Part shown: positions 25,263 through 36,454 of the stretch, one piece after another
Position numbering within the stretch: the stretch's first letter is position 1
Layout: each line of letters opens with the position of its first letter
From: Trichosphaerium sp. ATCC 40318
Taxonomy: Eukaryota; Protista; Tubulinea
Assembly: GCA_038496445.1 (NCBI GenBank)
Contig: JALMLS010000093.1
Span: forward strand, 1-64,000
Length of the DNA: 64,000 bases
Direction: 5' to 3'
The notes under the pieces: model-generated
The model's database searches: none
The model's input: the letters and a program-made list of their open reading frames with translations, nothing else
Told to the model about the DNA's origin: nothing
Made by a program: the position numbers and the translations under genes

Positions 25263-26529
25263 CCTTCTTTACAAAAAGGACTAAGGCACGCATAAAAGAA
25301 CAAAAACCGTAACTTGTACATAGCCACAATACCCCACCCTTCCCCCACCTGTATTATTTCGAGTATATCTCGTTGTACAATAGTTTAAACAAAAAATAAA
25401 ATAAAAATGGCTTGTTAAGAATTCTCGTTGTCGTTTTACTGTTTATGTTGAGTATTACGCTTTGAATGGTTATTTTATGAGCGCCGTTACCGAGTTTTGA
25501 GAGAACGATACCCGTGTTTCGGCTTTGTTTAGTATGTTATCTATTTATTGTTCTACACGCGTGCGCAGTTATTTTAAAGGGTATAAAAGAATATAAAAGA
25601 AACTTGAAACAAATCACAGCTCAACGCTTTTTCCCACTGAGTGTTAAAAGCGATCTAAATAAGGTAATTTAGTATGTTTCGCTGTGTTACGGTGATCGTT
25701 TAAGCTTTTTATAGAAAACAAAGTGATTTATTGACAGCTGCAGTATAGCGGTATTGGGATACCTACATTCTTTGTTTCCCGTGCGTCCAGCGCCATGAAA
25801 TGTTCATCGTTAGAAAATAAACAGAAATTAACGAACTCTTCACAACTTCGCTCGAAAGAGACGTAAGTAGTAAAAGCACACCTATATATGAAGTTTATTT
25901 AGGCATAAGCCGAAGCTGCACTTTCTTTCCACGGCGATTTTTCCGCGATTTCAGAAAGGCAACCTAAAAACCTACTCACCTGCTGAAGAGTTTTCCTTCC
26001 GCGGAATCTTGCCTCTCAATCGTACGATACGATCGCATCCGCCTGTAAAGGAACGTCAACACTGCAAGAATCACGTGATACAATTAAAAACCTGACAACG
26101 TTCGAACAAACAAAGTTGTTACGAAATAGACACGTGCTAATAAACTTTAAATTTCTGTTTGCTCTATTAATTTTTCGAACAAAACTAAGTTCGGGTTAGA
26201 TTTCTCTTTGTAATTGCAGTTGCAGCTCAACAAAATTCGTTGTAGTTGTTCGAAAATATTCTCATGGCGCCATCATATTCAAGCGAGCAAAGTGCGTAGT
26301 TCGTGTTTGGTTGGGCTTTCGCTTGCTCGGAACATTGGTTCGAAAATTTTTCACCCGTTCGAAAAAAAAAACCAACGGTTAGAGTTGTGTACAGTTTATA
26401 TGACAACAGATTTTCCTAATGAGAAGGCACTATGTTGTTATAAATATCAGAAACTAGGTTGTGGTTTTTGTTTTGTGAATAGTTTCCCCGACTTAATTGG
26501 TATACATCCATAATCTACAAATACAAAAA

Positions 26530-26818
26530 ATGTCGGAACGTAAGGCACAAAAGGAAGAGAAAGAAGATCCAGCTAGGTACATCGCTCTATGGGGAGTATA
26601 TATAAACAACTGATAGGACAGACGGAGAGAGAAACGATGAACTAAAACCTTCTGATGTTGAAAATACAGAAGTGGATACTGCAAACAACAGAGCAAAGGT
26701 AAGACATTGTCCAATAGATTTTCCTTTTAATCATTTATGCTTTCAGACACTCAGCTTTATAGCGATGAAAAAAGCACAGTCCGTAATTGAAAAAGAAAAA
26801 GAAACAGGCGAACAATAG
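26530..26818 (+). CDS. Small (~66 aa) three-exon charged hypothetical protein, not in the ORF track
   Basis: MSERKAQKEEKEDPAR|TDGERNDELKPSDVENTEVDTANNRAK|TLSFIAMKKAQSVIEKEKETGEQ* with two canonical GT-AG introns that keep the frame. Confidence 0.65.
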
Positions 26819-27018
26819 CGGGTACTTTTTTTCAGCATATTCACAGAACCAATGTCTAAACAATACTAAACATGTGCCAGTGTTTCTCGTGTTATTCTCC
26901 ATGCTCTACTCCAATATTTGATTGAACAGCGGCTCTTGTTTAGGGGCACATCAATACACATTCATCACATCTCGCATCAATAAACAACATCAAAAAAAAA
27001 GTAACCAGTTTTTTTATT

Positions 27019-27985
27019 TTATTTATTTTTATAAATATAGTACGCCATATACGCTATAATCATTACAGCAACTACAAGTATTTTATAAACTCTTAACCTC
27101 TCTTTTTGTAATGACATTGTATTAGCCTGATGTTGTTCCAAGAGAACCTTTTCAGTCTTACTTAAACGACTTTTGTTTTTTTGTTTAAAAGAAGCCATCT
27201 TTTCATAAGGATCATAAGCATGAGGTATCTTCGGCATGCCCTTAAAAGATGAAAAATAATCTGCCTTTTCATTGACATAAACAATAAGCTTTGGGTCTCT
27301 TTTTTTGATCGCATCTAAAAGAGCTTTTGGATCTTCATTGCAATAAGCGAATGCCCAACAGATTAAGTGACCTTTCATATTTAATTTGAAGCAGTCTTGA
27401 CAAAAGTCAAGAAAAACGTGAGGTCCAAATTCCTCAAATATGGCGAGTAGTGGTTTTACAGACGCTGCGTTGTGATTGGCGAGTTTTGTACCAATAGTCT
27501 AAACGAGAATTAAAAGTGTTTTGTTTCAGTGAAAATGTAGTTTGACAATGCTAAGCTGTTAACGAGCGGAAATCGGCTCTGTGATGCGTACATTAAACAA
27601 GCCATCCCAATTATCCTTAATGTAACGTTAATGGAGAATAATAACAACTATTAAGTACAAAATAAATAAAACGGGTCAAGAGGCGTTTTATACGCGCTGT
27701 AGTGATGATTTTGGTGTTGTGAAGAGTTTTTGGTTCGAAAAGTTTAGTTTACCTCTTCTTCTTTTGTTTTAGGTTCCTTCCAGTTCGATTTCGCGTATTT
27801 AACCTATTTACCCGTCGTTGGTACGTTTGTAAAGAAATAGCTATGTACCATCGATTTCAAGTCATCAGTCTCGCCCTCCGGTGTCCCAGAAGCGTCAGGA
27901 GTATCACAAGACCCACATGTACCGCAAGATTCTAATTGCGCTTAAATAATGGCATGTAGATGATAAACTTACCTTCACAGCTCAT
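27019..27985 (-). CDS. Tail-anchored hypothetical protein (multi-exon)
   Basis: MSCEESCGTCGSCD... spliced to ...KLNMKGHLICWAFAYCNEDPKALLDAIKKRDPKLIVYVN..., with C-terminal TM ILVVAVMIIAYMAYY and a KNK tail. Confidence 0.65.
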
Positions 27986-28074
27986 TTTAATACGTTTGTT
28001 TGAACTATAACGCGTAATTGTAATACTAAGTTTGACATTTGGAACAATTATTTAAACAGGGCTCAGGGACCACA

Positions 28075-29832
28075 ATGCACAACGCGCAGCTGGCTGATGA
28101 GCAATATAACGCCGCATTTTATTACGCACACTTTGTTTCTACCTCCCATGCGCCACAACACATACCTTTGCCATTTGCTGATATCAGACAATCTGTTGGA
28201 GAGCCCAGAACATCCGACAAAAAGTACGCAACATCAAATAGCCACCAGCTCACTAAAACACCTTTGATTCGCTATAATAATACACTATCGAGCCATTGTA
28301 ACCGTTTTTAGATTACAAGCGTTGCCAGAAGAATTATACGAAGCCAATAAAGATACACTCTTCAATATTGACTTCTGGGCGCCTATTGTGTATCCACATA
28401 CTATTTTACAATTCAATCAAAGACATTATGCCCTTGACAAGTCAGAAATTACCTTTTTAAAAAACATGAAATTTCAAAGACAAATGTGAAGCCTTCAAAG
28501 CTCTTCCAGGATGGTGAGAATATTGTCATGCTTGTAGGCAATTTAAGAGTCAAGGTAACAACTTTTACTTGCCGCTTAGTACACGTGAGGCTTAGGGGTT
28601 TTAGTTTTACGTGAGAGAAGTTAATTTTCAAGTGGAACGTACTTTTGGTGTTAAAATAGATGGTGCTGGGTTATCTGATAGATTCGATGATGGTGTATTT
28701 AGTACTTTACTTGTATCTGGTAGATTATATGAACACTCAAATACTTGGCATTGGCCGTACCTCATCACAACTTTCTTGAAAGGTTCATTGGATTTTTTCT
28801 TAATTTTTTCTTAAACTTATACTCTTTAATTACAGGGACACCAATGTATTTATTACCACGTGTAAAACGTATTGAAGTACTTCAAGATGTTGCAATGTTT
28901 CTAGGCAAAGCTCTTGCCAAATTGCATTCAATTCCAGTTACAGAGACAAAGGTAAAAACAATTCCCTATGTATTAAGAGAAGAATTAACTTTTTTTTCGC
29001 TAGCTCTTTGATCCATCCTTTAATCAATGGCACAGGTTTTTAAAGTCTCAAAGAAAGTTATGTCTTGTAAGTGCACCAGAATTAAGTCATATTTTTTTGA
29101 TTAGAGCCTCGTAAATTCGTTTTGGATTAACTACTTTTAGGAGCAATATCCGCTTATGGAAAACGGATTATCGCCTGCATTGTTGAAGGCTTATGAACGC
29201 TATATGCCAAATCAATCAGATTTAGGTACTCTTTATAAACCATATATTGATGCACCACGATACATGCACACTGATATCAATGTGGTACGTCTAAAAGAGT
29301 TAGCGCAATGAACAAAAAAATCACGTTAGTTTTTTTAACATGTTGGCTCATTGTTTTAATGACTTGTTTTTAGCGCCATGTTATCTTCAATAATACAAAA
29401 GACGATAAATGGACGCCCACAGGTATTATAGATTTTGACGATGCATATATAGGTGATCCAATGTATGAATTTCCTCCAATTTTTATTTCCACTCTTCGTT
29501 GTGATAAAAATGCTCTGGCAACCTTTCTCAAAGCATACGGTGGTGACATGTACGTATAACATGAAAACACTAGAACCTTATACATAATCAGTGAGGCACT
29601 CTGTATAGTGGTGTACCCACATAAAAACACGTGACTTTCTGACACTAATCTATTCATTTTTTAGAGATCCTTATTCAGATGTGTTTGTAAAACGATGCAT
29701 GTGTTATACGTTACTACACAAACCCTACATTATATACAAGATGCTAAAATATAAACCTGAAATCAAATCAATGACAGATTTTGATAAAGTAGCGCAAGCC
29801 CTTTGGGCATTACCTGTAAAAGACAACAATTA
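28075..29832 (+). CDS. Aminoglycoside phosphotransferase / choline-kinase-like protein (start approximate)
   Basis: LGKALAKLHSIP, YMHTDIN (Brenner-like motif), GIIDFDDAYIGDPMYEF. Confidence 0.8.
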
Positions 29833-30052
29833 ACAAAAATAACTAAAATACAAAAAAAAACTACACTCTTGTACAGCAGAATATTCGTGTGTTTTTAAAG
29901 CTCAATCCAGGTTTTGGATACTCCAATGTGTATGTATGTTTCTTGAAGAGAATAGAGCCAACCTGAAGTATTGTGCATACCCTTCAAGTCAAACATTAAA
30001 AAAATATTGCCAAGGTATTCAACTTTATTATTCTCTTCTTTTTGTGAACAAA

Positions 30053-30920
30053 TCACGTGTCTTTGTGCCATCCAAGTAAGTGGTGTTTGTTTTCTAATTC
30101 AATGGTGTGATTCATTTTTGTTGAATATTCTTTATATTCTTTACTATCTACAGGAGGTACCACACAACCCCACTTTTCAAAAAACTTGAGTTGATCAACA
30201 AAGTTTATATTTGGAAAAATCCTTGGTCTTTCTTTTTCGACCATAGCTCTCGCCACTTTATATGATTTTGATTTTGTCTTCATTATATATGCAATAACAA
30301 TAGTAGGTGATCGAGAAATGCCTTAAACAACAAAAAATAAGTCAAAAAGGGCAACACAAACAGCTAACCAAAAAAGGATTGAAGACAAAATCTGCATAAA
30401 AGCAACAGCCCTTCACAAAATACTCCTCTATTTTGACACCTTATGAACCTTCACCCTTGTGTTAAGTAGTACACTTGTTAATGTAGTACTGTGAACATGG
30501 ATGAGTCATATAGAACAAAGTGAAGCGAAGTGCTTTGCTTGAATCTAAAGATGAAAAAAAAAACAAAAAAAGATTGAATTTTACCTGCATTACAATGTAC
30601 AAAGACTTTGCCTCCTTCGTCAATAGCTGATTCTATGAACTCTATACAAGGCATAAAATGATCAATTAGAGGTGCAGTGTTTGTATCGTCTAGGTTTACT
30701 TCGTGTGGGCAGTATTCAAAGTCCTAGGCGTTATTCTTCTTTAAACATCTTATTTTAGTTGTTTAGAACTACATACGTACGGAAATTTGCGGTCTTGCTC
30801 GCCTATAGGCAGTATATGCGTAATTCCGTTTTTTTGAAGTCTATCGAGCAGTGTGCTCTGTGATCGTGATCCAAGGTACAGCCCTGGTATTATTTCGTCT
30901 AATGGGATAATATACGACAT
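30053..30920 (-). CDS. Dual-specificity protein phosphatase
   Basis: EIIPGLYLGS; VFVHCNAGISRSPT across an intron (HCxxGxxRS); RPRIFPNINFVDQL. Confidence 0.92.
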
Positions 30921-31330
30921 TAGATTCTGTGTTTCAAGTAGGTTGTAAGTTGTTTTATATTCATTGAAGTAAACTTCGAAAAAGTTGAAATTTCCAAGTA
31001 CGAGCTACCACCTTGATCCTCTGTAACCTTAATGTCATGCAAGTGAATCTTGAAATTTTGTGTATTCTATCAATGCGGAATGGATGGTTTGGTTGGTTGT
31101 AGCATCAACGCACTTGCCTTATACTCACATATTTGAAAGAATCATTTGTGAAAAAAATGTAATTTGTTTGGTATGCTACCGAAGCGCATCAACTGTTGTA
31201 AAGATAATAATAACTTCTAAACCATTAGAGGTGATTGCTTGGAGAATGCATTTATTCTTGCTGACAACATAATTAAGACAGATAAAAAGAAAAAACCAAA
31301 AAACCAAAAACCAGATCACGTGATCTTAAG

Positions 31331-32355
31331 TTACACTAATATCATCTTTTTGAGTTGCAGCTTCGGCGGACAATAATCTTGTATGGTATGGCAAACGTTG
31401 AGAGTGGCGAGAACAGCACTATCCGTGACAAACTTGGCATCAGCCAAACCAGCCTTAATAAAGACCTAGCGTAGAATAAAGGGTAAGATATTGATTAACA
31501 AGATACTACTGAGCCTACCTTGGCAAGCGTAGGATTGGTTGTTGGAGGATATTTTCTGATGGCCTTGGCAGTTTCTTGGGCTAGTCCTTGTACTAGCGTA
31601 ATCTTGGTTTTCAGATGGCTGATATCTAGCGACAACGTAGCAATTTCTCCTTTTAACATAAAGCACGTGGGTATAGCTTTGCAAAAGCCCATATCTTGTT
31701 GTAAATCATGTAGGTGTTCGATTGTATTTTCCCATTTCTCTTTACAAGAGGTGTTGTTGCAAGTTGCAAGTTGCTCTTCTGCAAGTGAGATTTCATCAAG
31801 TAGGTCTTTCGGCGAAACGACAAACCTGCAACGCCGTTCCAAATCATCGTAAAACTGCTGATAGAGGTGGCCAAGACCTACCATTACACCCCTTTGAGCA
31901 TTTGTGAAGGCTTCGTCCAAGACTACTGCAGAAGCATTGATTTTCGCTATAATTTGTTGGTATTGTTGTAACGTGGCTGTAGTGTTGTTTTTCTCGTATT
32001 CCACGAGCAACTGCAACAATTTGTTCGCTTTTGCAGTTGTAGAGTTTGCAAAGTACCAAGCGGCGATCGTGGCGTTCTGCAACACTGAGGTGCGCACTGT
32101 AGCTTTTGTTACGGGCATCTGGTTAATTAAAGAGCTAGCAATTTGAGTGAAATTGGTGCTCTCTAGTTTTACTAGCAACCCTGAAAATTGTTTCGACTGG
32201 TTGCTTGCTTGACGTATGCATTCTTTTGCAAGCGATGTAATATACTCAATATTGCTCATACGGCCTTTGGACATGCATTGGGGACACGTAGGCGGGTTAA
32301 AGTGACATGTCACTGTTAAATAGCATAGTGTTAGTAGTAGCGCGTGTCTGATCAT
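31331..32355 (-). CDS. Secreted alpha-helical/coiled-coil protein
   Basis: Signal peptide MIRHALLLTLCYLTVTC, one long helical exon with paired Cys and N-glycosylation sequons, and one intron near the 3' end. Confidence 0.7.
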
Positions 32356-32775
32356 GCTTGTGAGTGTTGTGTAAGTACAAGTTTTGGACAAGAATAGTCT
32401 TAAGAAATTATTCCAGAAATTTACTAGTATTCTCAATTTCCGCGCACATAACGATTCACTACGAAAATCGTAGCTTCAGATAACTGCTTGTGTATCGTGG
32501 AGAGAACTTAGAGTATCTGAAGCGAACGTATAGGCTCAGTAAAGGTGATACAGTCTCCAGTACAACGTCGCGTTGTGGGAATTTGAACAATGTAACATCC
32601 TGGTCAATTCCGCAAGACCGAAGCTGTCACGTACTATCGGCCCTATGACCAAACGGTAATATTTTCTATGTCTTTCAAGAACAATACAAGTGTGTTAGGT
32701 GACTTACTTTAATTGTTTTTTACTTTACACTTTTTTTGGTGACCACGTGTTTATCAATTTAATAAAATCGCGTCT

Positions 32776-34993
32776 TTATGAGATATTTAGTTTGAAATGA
32801 TTTTTGTGTTTACTTGATAACAAACACATAAACTGCCCTTCACCATCTTCTATTCCAAAGTGTGCAAAAAGATATTTTTTTTCCTATTTTTTTTTAATGA
32901 GAATGCTTTATAAGCGCCTTCATGGACATACCTGTGTATAATTATACGATTGAATTAACTCACTCAACTCTCTTTTAAGTGTATCATAAATAACTAGCAC
33001 ATCTGGAGGTCCCTGAGCGTATCTTTGAACAAAGGTCAACAAGAGTTTAGTTTTTAAAATAAAGGACATTAACCTTGCAAGAGTTGATGCTCTTGGATCT
33101 TTATAAAAGTGTTCTTGTTCTGTAGGTTCTGTACTTCCAATCACACGTGTACAATCCAAAAACGTCATATTGACATTTGGATTATGAACATTTGCGTGGA
33201 ACGGCGTACTGTGGCAAGGCATTAAGAAATCAACCCAAACTTGTTCATCTCTTTAATAAAAAAATAAGAACTAAATGACTAACAATCAGCGTGCTCGCTT
33301 ACATGTCCCCATAAGTGTTTCTAATCTCATCAATAACTTGTATAGGTGCACTTTTATGCATTGTACTAAAATAAAACGCGCCCTATAATGACTATTAATA
33401 AGGAGATAACAAAGTAGTAATGTTACTTACCAGAATATGAATTACAACAATAAGTGTAAGAATTACTTTGACGATGTTCTTCCATTTAACATCTTGAAGT
33501 CTGGAGAAGAATACACCGATACGCCAATGAGCTAAAGGTAGTATAGGAAGCAAGAAACGAAACTCTTTGTGTCCATTCAAGCTCAATATTGCAACAAACC
33601 AAACTATTCAAAAAAAAAAAGCATTAACAATCTATAAAGAGCTCATTTCCTCGCACCTATTAATACACTAGTTTGAGATATAAGATTCTTATCATAAAGA
33701 GAAGGTATTAGGAACGGAAACATGGCTCCCTTTTATAACGATTAGAGCGTGTAAGAAGAAACTAAGAAAAAAAAAAAAAAAAGAGTAAAAGCAGAGATAA
33801 ATAAGTTGGATGCAAGGTGTTGTTACCAATGTTGCAGTGAGGCCAGATGATAAGTACCAATGCCAAGGGTGTGTGCCGAACAAGTCAGCACCACCTTGAA
33901 TTACGTTCCACTGAACAAAACGAAGAGGTACAAATACAACTTCTCCATAAAACATGTAATCAATACCCACCGATAAACCAACAAAGAACAGCCTTAAAAA
34001 CACAGTCAGCAAATAGACACAAGACCTCATCAATAATACCGACAACAACAGTGTATACTTGTCTAATAATACGGTTCTAGTACTCGATATAAAGCCCATG
34101 TTGAAGGAAGGGTAGCAGAGCGACCAAAAAAAGAAAAAAAATGTTGACGCACCCAATAGGAAGAACTTCCATGAATAGTAGAGTTAACCGATCGCGACTG
34201 TTGTACAGAAGCATAGCACCAACTAGTATCCATAACACAAGGCTTGTTGGTCGTACAGCCACGCATAAGCCCATAGTAGCAATACCGATTGCTCTATCAA
34301 ATTTATGACGTTGGAAATCTGCTCCTTTTGAAAGATAGTACAAGGCCACAATGACCAGTACACTCTCTAGACAGTTGGAATACATGCGTACTATACTGTA
34401 AAAGTAAAACCAACTTGTAATCTGAAGCGTCAAGGCCCATTGAGCAGCAATAGCACCTTGGTTAAAAAGTTACAAATTGATTTTCAAAAAAAAAAACTAG
34501 CTGCGGCCGCACCCGACTTCAGTTCAACTAATTTGTATAAATAATGATCTCCTACGGCTGCTATGAATGCCTGGACAACTCTAGGAGCGACAGCGATGAC
34601 ATACTAAGCGTGTTAGCCAAATCGCGTTACTGTTTTGACAAGTGTCAAGTGAATAGCTTTTTTACGTTGTATCAACGCGTACTGGCGTGTCTAACCCAAG
34701 AATTTGTAGTAATTTGAACACAGACGCAAATATGAGAGGATGCATCCACCCTCTTATCTGCTCTTTCCATTCCCATGTCAAATGTCCATACCTTGACGCA
34801 TTTTAGATGGATTTAACATTATTGTAACGTCTAACCCAAAAACAATATTATGTGCTGGCTCTACAGACTGCCAATACTCGTCTGGATTGAAATAAGTCCT
34901 AACCTGTGTGTATGTAAGTAGAATAGCTCAGCATGCTAGAAAACGAACCACTAGCGCGTTAAGTATTCGAAACACGAGCAAGGCAACGAACAT
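32776..34993 (-). CDS. PIGB: GPI mannosyltransferase 3 (PIG-B/GPI10, GT22)
   Basis: TYFNPDEYWQSVEPAH, GHLTWEW, FGTHPWHWY, HKEFRFLLP, FLMPCHSTP, MTFLDC. Confidence 0.93.
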
Positions 34994-35055
34994 AAGCGTA
35001 CTGGAATGTACTTAAACCACTTGGCTTAAATTTGTTGATAATTTCATTGGCTAGT

Positions 35056-35877
35056 ATGTTGAGAACCTGCTTGGCGCCCAGAACAGCGCAAGTAAGGCAA
35101 ATTAACAACTTAACGCGAGTGAATGCTGGGCATAGGCCACAAGTCGCTATTCAAGCTCGATACACTAAGAGATATGCCCCTGGACTAATTATCCCTAAAG
35201 GTAATATTATTAACTAAAGCTTCTTTCCAACACAAGATAGGCAAAATTCATGCCGGTATACGCGCTCAAGATATACTATACACAGCACTGTACGACTTAC
35301 AGATAGGCTGGAAGTTTCCTGCCGTACAAGTGAGTTTTAATGTCTGAAACGCTTTAATTATATTTCTTAACGCTAAAAGGAATGGCGAAGAAACCTACTG
35401 GGCCGATTTGATTGCAGAAACATTGTAGACATTAAACTACTCATGGAGACAGAGCACTGGAACAGCGTATTCCCTGACGATAACATTAAAGATAAAATCG
35501 TGGAGCTGGTGAGCCCAATAAAAATGCCAAAAGATCGTACGTCACGCAACCGCGTCATCTCTATACTGCCTATTAGATGCCTGTCATAGTAATTTGACAT
35601 TTTTTGCCTAGCATCCAAGCCAATCCTACCATTCTTGCACAGCTGCTCACCAAAACTATACCGCGGCCAAGTAAAGCTCACTCACCCAGACGATATTTTC
35701 AGAAAGACGGGTTACACCGACTTTGGGCTCAAAAAGCCAAAGAAATCACTCATTCCAAAGAAGAGAGTCAGAAGGAAGACAAGAGCTGCCAACAATGGTG
35801 TACCAGATGCTATCCTATCTTACAAGGATCCTCGTGTCAAAAAAATACCTCACCATCAACGCAATGTGGAGTGGTAA
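35056..35877 (+). CDS. Basic hypothetical protein, possibly mitochondrion-targeted
   Basis: Arg-rich, acid-free N-terminus MLRTCLAPR; spliced ORF ending ...KKIPHHQRNVEW*. No family recognised. Confidence 0.5.
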
Positions 35878-36454
35878 CATCATTGAATGTACCTTGTTTG
35901 TCAAAAAAACAATTGATTTCGTGTAGTCAAACAAAAATTTTTTTTTTCAAACAATCAAATTTTTTTGTTTTTGGCTTCACAACAATTTACAATGTATTTA
36001 AAATAAAAAACTTGCTATCCGAGTGAATAAGCAATTAAACAATAGTCGTGGTTGCTTATAGCAACTGCAATAAAACTTTGTTGCAACATCGCCACTTGAT
36101 GAGGAACTTCGCTGGAGGTGTGACTCAGGAGTTATCCAGGAGAAAGCATGTCTCCACTAGAGTGAGCACGTGTACCACTATTGAATTGTTACACAATATT
36201 AAAAATAGCACGTGTACTCTTCAAGCGATAATTAATACAAAACTGTGATATACAACAAGTTATAAATACAGAGTTTTGTTTGGTGGTTTACAAATTTTTT
36301 TTTGAGCTTGTTTATCATTTAAAACTGCTTTAAACGCCTCTTTATGTACGTATTTTGGCGTGTTAATGCTAGAATTAACTAAAACTGGTGATGTAAACTT
36401 AATGTTTGTTAGTCAGCTCTATTTTAGAATCTTGATGGAGAAGTAGCACAAAAC

